Shown piece after piece: positions 57,326 through 64,000 of a stretch of DNA of 64,000 bases. Both the position numbers and the translations under genes were made by a program. The DNA is taken from positions 704,001-768,000 of the forward strand of contig CAWBZI010000002.1 in assembly GCA_963793265.1 (NCBI GenBank), in the 5' to 3' direction. The notes beneath the pieces are model-generated. The model had not been told where the DNA came from, did not search any database, and saw only the letters and a program-made list of their open reading frames with translations. This DNA is from an uncultured cyanobacterium. Its GTDB lineage: Bacteria; Cyanobacteriota; Cyanobacteriia; Phormidesmidales; Phormidesmidaceae. The first letter of the stretch is position 1, and every line of letters begins with the position of its first letter.

Positions 57326-59008
57326 ATGTCAAAGGCCGAACAATCTTCAGAACAGCATTCAGGCACAGCCCTAACCGACTACCGCTTACTCAAGCTAGTC
57401 GGCCAGGGTCAGTTTGCTCAAGTATATTTCGCGATTCATCGGCACACTGGGCAGCTAGCTGCCATCAAACAAACGCGCCACGCCCCCCAGCAGGCGTCTC
57501 AAGAGCCGTTTATTCTCGCTGAAATTCACCACCCAAACTTAGTCAACTGCCGCGCCATTGTTCAAACCGATCAAGGCTATCGGTTTGTATTGGAATATTG
57601 CGAAGGCGGCACCTTGCGATCGCACCTCACCGCCCAACTCACCGCCGCAGCTCCGCTCGCTTCCACCCAAACCAAATCTCTCATCACCAACATCCTTCAG
57701 GGCCTCAGCTACCTTCACCAGCAGGGCATTATCCACAACGACCTCAAGCCCGAAAACATTCTCCTCACCCATTCCGAGCAACCGTTGGATTCTAAAAGAT
57801 ACTCAATAGAAGCCAAAATTGGTGACTTCGGCAGCGCTCGCTTCATCAAATTTCCTAGCCGCTCCCATCGTGAAATTGGCTCTCCTACCTACGCTGCCCC
57901 CGAACGCTTCAACGGTCAGTCCTCCATCGCCTCAGACCTCTACTCAGTCGGCGTCATTACCTACGAAATGCTGCTAGGCGATCGCCCTTTCTCCGGCTCC
58001 CCTTCTGCCCTTCTCCAAGCCCACCAACACCAACCTATCCCTCTACCTGACACGCTCTCTCCCGCCCTCCGACATTTCTTTTCCACCGCCCTACACAAGC
58101 AGCCAGAACACCGATTTCCGAGTGCCAACGCCATGCTTGCAGCCTTGCATTCCTGCCATTTCACGCACCAAGCAACAATTCAAGCAGCAACAATTCCTAC
58201 TGCCTCTGTCAGCCAAACGCTCTTGACTTTCCACACGATAGATATTCTCGATACTGTTGAAGAATTAATAGCCGTACCCCAAGGTTGTTATATCGTTACT
58301 CAAAAATCTCTTCACTTCATAAGCCATAAACAACAGCTATCAGCCCTAGATAGGTTCAAAGAAAACGTATGGACGGCAATAGATCCTTACGGCAACTGGT
58401 TTGTTACGCTACCTCACCAGCCGGGGCAAGCGCAATTTTATAGTTTTTGCGCTGGGAAAGCCCAGAACCCGAAGCCAATTTCTTTAACCAGCTCGCTCCG
58501 TACAGCCTTGCGATCTAAAGTTGTTCAACTCCTTGCAGTCAGCTCTCGCCACCTGATCAAGATCCGTGCCTCTCAAAGCCGTCCTAAAACTTACTTTGAA
58601 TTATTCACCCGTAAAGGCCAACTGCTCGGACAGCTTACTGCCAACTTATCGATAGCCCAAGCAGTGCTCACGGCTATTCCATACCAACTCATTGCCCGCA
58701 CGGCTGCGAGTAAGTCAGCCGAATCTGAAGTTGTTCTAATTACCTTAAATCCCTTTCAAATTAAGCACTTAGGCTATCAACAGCCACAGCAAATAAGCAC
58801 CCTACCTTGGGGTAATATTATCGGCTTTCAACACCATTCTCTCTTACTTGATCGCTCTGCTGATCCTGTTAGCGCCCTGAGCGGACTGCCGCCGTATAGC
58901 GCGATCGCTTCACTGGGCGATCGCAACCTTCTAATAGCAACCACCAGCAGCCCACCCACTCTACTAACAGCCGACCTCAAAGAAATAGACCTCGGACTAA
59001 TCTTCTAG
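57326..59008 (+). CDS. Serine/threonine protein kinase
   Basis: GQGQFAQV, AAIK, HNDLKPEN, DFG, APE and DLYSVG motifs. Confidence 0.92.
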   Translation: MSKAEQSSEQHSGTALTDYRLLKLVGQGQFAQVYFAIHRHTGQLAAIKQTRHAPQQASQEPFILAEIHHPNLVNCRAIVQTDQGYRFVLEYCEGGTLRSHLTAQLTAAAPLASTQTKSLITNILQGLSYLHQQGIIHNDLKPENILLTHSEQPLDSKRYSIEAKIGDFGSARFIKFPSRSHREIGSPTYAAPERFNGQSSIASDLYSVGVITYEMLLGDRPFSGSPSALLQAHQHQPIPLPDTLSPALRHFFSTALHKQPEHRFPSANAMLAALHSCHFTHQATIQAATIPTASVSQTLLTFHTIDILDTVEELIAVPQGCYIVTQKSLHFISHKQQLSALDRFKENVWTAIDPYGNWFVTLPHQPGQAQFYSFCAGKAQNPKPISLTSSLRTALRSKVVQLLAVSSRHLIKIRASQSRPKTYFELFTRKGQLLGQLTANLSIAQAVLTAIPYQLIARTAASKSAESEVVLITLNPFQIKHLGYQQPQQISTLPWGNIIGFQHHSLLLDRSADPVSALSGLPPYSAIASLGDRNLLIATTSSPPTLLTADLKEIDLGLIF

Positions 59009-60663
59009 CGAATATACTCCACACGAGCATCTAGATCATAGTCTTCCAACAATCGCTGCCGATCCTCCGCCTCGTCTTCAGTCGGGAAAGCCCCCACCTG
59101 CATCACCGTTCTCCCCTCAAACTGAGTCCGAAAGGCATCCGGCACCACCGACCGCACTTCATCTTGCATGAAAGGATCAGATGCATTGACAAACACTCGG
59201 TAGTAAAGCCCCAAAGCCTGAGCCCGAGACGGCGGCGCAGGTGGAGAGCCTACCCCACCCCTCGGCGGTGAAAAGATTGTTCCCGAGCCGCCGCCGATTG
59301 GAATACTGCTGTTAGGAACTGCCAAGCGATTGTTGTTGCTCGGTGGTGCGGGTCTTGATTCAGGTCGGCTAGGCGATCGCCCAGGTCTATTCTCAGGCTC
59401 ACGATCGGGGCGAGGATTACGAATGCGACGGGGCCTAATTGTAGGAGAATCATCTCTCGCATCGCTGGCAGCTCTAGATGCCGCAATCGGAACGCCAGAA
59501 CTCAAAGCACTAGAACTTTCACCACCAGCATTCGGAGTCCCCGCACGTAAAGCCGCCAGCGCTGCACCCGGAGCCCCAGCCTGCGGTTCAGAAGTCGAGG
59601 CTTGGGCGATAACCTCAACTTCCTGAAAATCTGTCTCCTCAAGCGCTTCCACGCTATCTGGCTCTATCGCTGGCTCCGGCTCTTCAAAAGCTGCAAGCGT
59701 CGCAGATGCCTCGTCTGACACCGCACCAGGCCAAGGCTCTTTTTCAAATATTTCTTCATCTGCCAAAACAGTCGAAGACATGATGTCTCGAGTTCTGGCT
59801 GAAACTGCCACCACATCATCACGACGGTTTCCCACAACTCTGTTGTCACGCACAATTGGGCTAGCATCCCCAATCAGCACCAAGCTAGCATCGTTGTTGG
59901 TCATGCTGTTACCGACAATTTCAGGCGTCGCGCCATCTACCACTCGAATAGCGTCTCCTGTGCTATCGAACGTATTGCCGTGAATAGTGGCACTAGAAAC
60001 GCCAAAAACAATCATCCCAGCAACTTTGTTGCCCGAAAAAAAGCTGCCCTGCACCCGAGGCGAACTGTCTGTTACATAGATACCGGCCCGGCGGCTACCG
60101 ACAAACGCGCTCTCTATAATAGTGGGACTGGCAGACTCAACCCAAAGGCCGTATCCATCAGGGTTGGAAACGGCAACTTGGGCAATACCGGCTCTATCGG
60201 CGGCAACAATCGTTGCGTTCTGTTGCGATCGCGTCGCACTCTCAAACTCACCGCCCCCTTGAATAATCGCCGTGCGATTACCCGAACCCGGTGTGCCCTG
60301 AATCGTCACACCCGGCTTCAGTTGCAGTGGAAACACCTCGCCCGAAGCCTGCGTATAAAGCCCTGGTGCTAACACAATCACCGTATTTGGAGAAGCGACT
60401 TCCAACGCGTGTGTCACCGTTTGTAGGGGCTGACTCTCTAAGCCTTCAGCGCGATCGCTACCCGCCGCCGCATTCACAAAAATCGTCTGAATCTCAGCTT
60501 GAGCCGAAGCAATCGTTTGAGTCGTTTCAAAACTTCCAGCCTGCCCAGCCGCTGCTCTTTGCTGCTGCGCTTGCACCTCGCCTGCCGCACCAAAAAATAC
60601 CGCACCAGCTACCAAAGCCGCCGCCACCTGAGAATATCCTGCAAACATACGTTGATTCAGCAT
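59005..60663 (-). CDS. DUF1565 domain protein (beta-helix, SPOR-like C-terminus)
   Basis: Signal peptide, IFVNAAAGSD..G....PLQTVTHAL, GEVFPL, C-terminal MQVGAF. Confidence 0.85.
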   Translation of the reverse strand: MLNQRMFAGYSQVAAALVAGAVFFGAAGEVQAQQQRAAAGQAGSFETTQTIASAQAEIQTIFVNAAAGSDRAEGLESQPLQTVTHALEVASPNTVIVLAPGLYTQASGEVFPLQLKPGVTIQGTPGSGNRTAIIQGGGEFESATRSQQNATIVAADRAGIAQVAVSNPDGYGLWVESASPTIIESAFVGSRRAGIYVTDSSPRVQGSFFSGNKVAGMIVFGVSSATIHGNTFDSTGDAIRVVDGATPEIVGNSMTNNDASLVLIGDASPIVRDNRVVGNRRDDVVAVSARTRDIMSSTVLADEEIFEKEPWPGAVSDEASATLAAFEEPEPAIEPDSVEALEETDFQEVEVIAQASTSEPQAGAPGAALAALRAGTPNAGGESSSALSSGVPIAASRAASDARDDSPTIRPRRIRNPRPDREPENRPGRSPSRPESRPAPPSNNNRLAVPNSSIPIGGGSGTIFSPPRGGVGSPPAPPSRAQALGLYYRVFVNASDPFMQDEVRSVVPDAFRTQFEGRTVMQVGAFPTEDEAEDRQRLLEDYDLDARVEYIR

Positions 60664-60686
60664 GGGAAATACACCTCCGCCTTAGC

Positions 60687-60723
60687 GAAATAAGCCCTGA
60701 AATAAGCCCTGAAATAAGCCCTG
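60687..60723. repeat. 12-bp tandem repeat x3
   Basis: GAAATAAGCCCT x3 just upstream of the DUF1565 gene start. Confidence 0.9.
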
Positions 60724-61041
60724 GGAAGAACCGACAGAACATGCGTCAACAGGGCAAGACGCATCAAGGAAAATTATCGTAAGTTGCCTGTGTGAAATAT
60801 GCGACTTTATACCTAAGCTTGTCAAGCCCGCCGATGTCTGATAAGTCACGTCTAAGCCATAGCAGCGTCACATCCAGCTCAGTCGCACCACCAAAAACAA
60901 CCCGTCACCTCACACACTTTTGACATATCAAACTTTTCGCATATAAAGTCTTCCCATCCAGCACTGCAAAACGTTATCAGGCCAAAATACCGTACGAAAT
61001 ATTGCTATGACTATGGGAGACAAACACAGCCCTACCCGCAT

Positions 61042-62139
61042 ATGACCATACCGAGTAACCTATCCGACCAGCGCATCCTCTTCCGTATCCTGGATGCCAA
61101 CCTTGATCGCGCTCGCGAAGGCATCCGCACGGTTGAAGAATGGTGTCGCTTTGGCCTTAACGACGAAGCCACCACCGCCCAGCTCAAAGATCTGCGTCAG
61201 GGCATCGCTCACTGGCACACCCCCGAAATTCGCCTCGCTCGCGACACCCCTGGCGACTTAGGCACTGCGCTCACCCATCCGCAAGAATCTACCCGCAGCG
61301 ATGTCACCGAAATTTTGCAGGTAAACTTCGCTCGTATTCAAGAAGCCCTGCGAGTCTTAGAAGAGTACGGCAAGCTACATAGCCTTGAAATGGCTGCTGC
61401 TTTCAAGCAAATGCGCTACAAAATCTACACGCTTGATAGTCAGATTGTCGGGCCGTTACTGGCGAAAGCAGATCGTTCATCTGATCAAAAGCAGTCTCGT
61501 CACCAACAGCTTATGCAGGCGCGCACTTACCTAGTCACCTCACCAGTGCCAGGCCCCATTGAAAACTTTCTTAGCGTTATAGAAGCCGCGCTTAAAGGCG
61601 GAATTGCGATCGTTCAATACCGTGAAAAAACAGCCGACGACAGCACTCGCCTTGAGATTGCCAAACGAATGCGATCACTCTGCCACCAGTACAACGCCCT
61701 TTTCATCGTCAACGACCGGGTAGACATTGCCGCTGCTGCTGGTGCTGACGGCGTTCACTTAGGCCAGCACGATCTGCCTATGGACATCGCCCGCAAAATC
61801 CTCGGCCCCAATAAAATCGTCGGTCGCTCCACCACTAACCCTGACGAACTCAAACGCGCCCTCGACGAAAAAGCCGACTACATCGGCGTCGGCCCCGTCC
61901 ACGAAACCCCAACTAAACCCGGCAAATCAGCCTCCGGCAACGAATACGTCCGTTACGCCGCCCAGCACGCCACCATGCCCTGGTTCACCATCGGCGGCCT
62001 GAATGCTGAGAACTTAGGCCCCACCCTTGCAGCCGGTGCCACCCGAGTCGCCGTCGTTAGAGCCCTCATGCAGGCCGATGACCCTACTGCGATCGCACAA
62101 TCTCTCGTTCAGCAAACCCAACAGGCCCAACCCATCTAA
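61042..62139 (+). CDS. thiE: Thiamine phosphate synthase (cyanobacterial ThiD2-ThiE form)
   Basis: RILDANLDRAREG N-terminal domain; VQYREK, NDRVD, GVHLGQ, TPTKPG and IGG motifs. Confidence 0.96.
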   Translation: MTIPSNLSDQRILFRILDANLDRAREGIRTVEEWCRFGLNDEATTAQLKDLRQGIAHWHTPEIRLARDTPGDLGTALTHPQESTRSDVTEILQVNFARIQEALRVLEEYGKLHSLEMAAAFKQMRYKIYTLDSQIVGPLLAKADRSSDQKQSRHQQLMQARTYLVTSPVPGPIENFLSVIEAALKGGIAIVQYREKTADDSTRLEIAKRMRSLCHQYNALFIVNDRVDIAAAAGADGVHLGQHDLPMDIARKILGPNKIVGRSTTNPDELKRALDEKADYIGVGPVHETPTKPGKSASGNEYVRYAAQHATMPWFTIGGLNAENLGPTLAAGATRVAVVRALMQADDPTAIAQSLVQQTQQAQPI

Positions 62140-62169
62140 AATTAGAGCGAACCGAACCGAACAATCCGC

Positions 62170-62391
62170 ATGAACAATCTGTCAGGCACCATTGAACTCC
62201 AGGTCAACGGTGAAACCAAAAGCTGCCCCGTAGGCACCCACCTACCCGATTTCTTAACTCAGGTAGGACTCAACCCCAAGCTGATTGCAGTTGAATACAA
62301 CGGCGAAATCCTGGCGCGATCGCTATGGCAAACCACACAGCTTCAGCCCGACGACCAGCTCGAAGTCGTCACTATCGTTGGCGGTGGCTAG
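62170..62391 (+). CDS. thiS: Sulfur carrier protein ThiS
   Basis: VNGE, AVEYNGEI and EVVTIVGGG motifs; directly follows thiE. Confidence 0.95.
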   Translation: MNNLSGTIELQVNGETKSCPVGTHLPDFLTQVGLNPKLIAVEYNGEILARSLWQTTQLQPDDQLEVVTIVGGG

Positions 62392-62517
62392 ATCATAAAA
62401 GAGTACGGCAATCCCGCCCTTTTGGTAGAGCCCGCAACCGTGATCGCGTCTTATAAAAGCGTTAAAGTAGGTACAAATCTAAAACCAAAACAAAAGAGAG
62501 CGCGTCAACAACCCATC

Positions 62518-63537
62518 ATGATCAAAAGCATGAAAACCCGCCTAAATTCATACCGGACTATCGTCTTCGATAGACTTAAGCCGGTGATGAAGTCCCTATT
62601 TGTCTTCGGCCTAGCCGCACTGCTGATCTTCTCGCAAGCAGATGGCGCACTTGCCGCTCGTGGGGGCGGACGAATAGGCGGCGGTAGCTTCCGTGCCCCT
62701 AGCCGTTCATATTCCTCACCGAGTCGTTCACGCGGGCCCTCAGGTTACGGTGGCGGCTATGGCGGTGGCTATGGTAGAGGCTACTACCCCGGCGGTGGCT
62801 TCGGATTTCCCTTCATTCTGCCGTTCGTTGGCTTTGGTGGGGCGGGTGGCCTGTTTGGTATTTTCATTGCAATTGCGATCGCTAACTTCCTCATCCGCAG
62901 CTTCCGCAACGCGGGCGTCGGTGGCGACGAACTTGGCGGCTACGGCGACACCGCCAACCCCACCGTCTCAGTGGCCCGTGTCCAAATTGGCCTCCTTGCC
63001 CAAGCCCGTGAGCTACAGGTTGATCTCAACCAGCTAGCTAACACAGCCGATACTGGCACCTCAGCCGGACTCACCAAAATTCTGCAAGAAACCACCCTGT
63101 CTTTACTCCGAAATCCAGAGTACTGGGCCTACGCCGATATTGAGTCCGACCAGACCAGGCTCTTAGCCGCCGAGCAGGCTTTCAACCAGTTAGCCATCGC
63201 AGAGCGCAGCAAGTTCACCGGAGAAACCCTTTCCAACGTCAACGCTCAGCTTACTCAGGCCAAAGCTAAGGCTGCTCTGAACAGCACTGGCGAGCTAGCT
63301 ACTCAAAATGAACCCGGAGAGTACATCGTTGCGACAATTCTGGTGGCTAGTCAAGGTAAGCTAAATCTGCCTGAAGCTAGCAGCGTAGACAACGTGCGTA
63401 GCGCCCTCAACAAGATTGGTTCTATCTCTAGCGATCAGCTCATGGCCGTAGAGGTGCTCTGGACGCCGCAGGTATCTGGTGAAACCCTCACAGCCGATGA
63501 ACTCATCGCTGAATATCCTAATCTTCAGCTTGTGTAA
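62518..63537 (+). CDS. DUF1517 domain protein (FLAP1-like)
   Basis: GGRIGGGSF, Gly-rich linker, TM, ERSKF..ETLSN and AVEVLWTPQ motifs. Confidence 0.9.
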   Translation: MIKSMKTRLNSYRTIVFDRLKPVMKSLFVFGLAALLIFSQADGALAARGGGRIGGGSFRAPSRSYSSPSRSRGPSGYGGGYGGGYGRGYYPGGGFGFPFILPFVGFGGAGGLFGIFIAIAIANFLIRSFRNAGVGGDELGGYGDTANPTVSVARVQIGLLAQARELQVDLNQLANTADTGTSAGLTKILQETTLSLLRNPEYWAYADIESDQTRLLAAEQAFNQLAIAERSKFTGETLSNVNAQLTQAKAKAALNSTGELATQNEPGEYIVATILVASQGKLNLPEASSVDNVRSALNKIGSISSDQLMAVEVLWTPQVSGETLTADELIAEYPNLQLV

Positions 63538-63592
63538 AAACGCGCAAACAACTCAGTGGTTGCGGTACTGATAGCAATCGCTAAATACCCGG

Positions 63593-63626
63593 AAAACGGA
63601 GGTCTTGCAAAGGGCTTCCGTTTTTC
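63593..63626 (+). terminator. Rho-independent terminator-like hairpin
   Basis: AAAACGGAGGTCTT-GCA-AAGGGCTTCCGTTTTT. Confidence 0.65.
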
Positions 63627-63711
63627 TATAGATGAAATGATTCAAATATGCTTAACTTTTTCAACAAAAGTGGTTAAATGAAGCCGGTTGCTGTTGTCAA
63701 GAGAGACAGAA

Positions 63712-64000
63712 ATGCTGGTATTGCTCACTCGTGTACTGCTATGGGCCTCGGTAGGGGTTCTCATTTGGTACATTCTCGCTAGAATCATTCCCAAAAAATT
63801 TCTCACCTGGTTCGGTGGGGTCATCCTCATCCTGCTATTGGTGCTATCTTTTGCCGACCCCGACGACAGCACCGTCAGCGTTATCTGGCAAATATTATCA
63901 TTTCCACTAACGCCCTTAGGTGCGGCCATCGTCTTCTTAGGCGCAGCCCTCACAGAAGGGCCTAAAAAGCCTAGAGGCACACCAGCGGCGATCGCTCTGG
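63712..64000 (+). CDS. YdcF/DUF218-family membrane protein, N-terminal part (runs off the window)
   Basis: My translation MLVLLTRVLLWASVGVLIWYILARIIPKKFLTWFGG...WQILSFPLTPLG resembles cyanobacterial YdcF N-termini; not in the ORF track. Confidence 0.7.
   Translation, partial: MLVLLTRVLLWASVGVLIWYILARIIPKKFLTWFGGVILILLLVLSFADPDDSTVSVIWQILSFPLTPLGAAIVFLGAALTEGPKKPRGTPAAIAL

Larger units (their letters stand above)
549..63995. repeat. HIP1 octamer GCGATCGC dispersed throughout the window
   Basis: Examples at 549, 2578, 4119, 26255, 32528, 32548, 40037, 44599, 47580, 53094, 55406 and 57616. Confidence 0.95.

Noticed and set aside
60291..60782. 163-aa + strand ORF with EISP repeats
   Set aside because: Antisense to the DUF1565 gene; the repeats merely reflect the 12-bp tandem array
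60724..61041. Possible TPP riboswitch upstream of thiE
   Set aside because: No CTGAGA core or TPP aptamer architecture found
63642..63980. 112-aa minus-strand ORF
   Set aside because: Shadow of the + strand YdcF-like gene starting at 63712

Overview
64 kb of a cyanobacterial chromosome. The HIP1 octamer GCGATCGC recurs throughout, and devBCA, a ThiD2-ThiE fusion, Uma2 and DUF1517 genes are present; a Leptolyngbya/Phormidesmis-like filamentous strain is my inference. Most content is housekeeping or stress metabolism (cysH, arfB, tsaC, devBCA/TetR, treZ-treY, msrB, larB/cpmA, thiE-thiS), plus two small Uma2/toxin-antitoxin patches. I saw no rRNA, tRNA, CRISPR array or intact transposase. Main observations: (1) local strand composition flips from G/T-rich to C/A-rich at many HIP1 sites, regardless of gene orientation; (2) a threonine-synthase-like PLP enzyme and a MoaD/CysO-type sulfur carrier sit behind an IscR/Rrf2-like palindrome, a candidate sulfur-carrier route to homocysteine, with a 1-nt frameshift in the enzyme gene; (3) a stand-alone glycan phosphoribosyltransferase-like protein lacks its HAD phosphatase domain; (4) several gene remnants, an in-frame TGA-split gene pair and uncharacterised secreted proteins. 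All family assignments come from motif recognition, not database searches.
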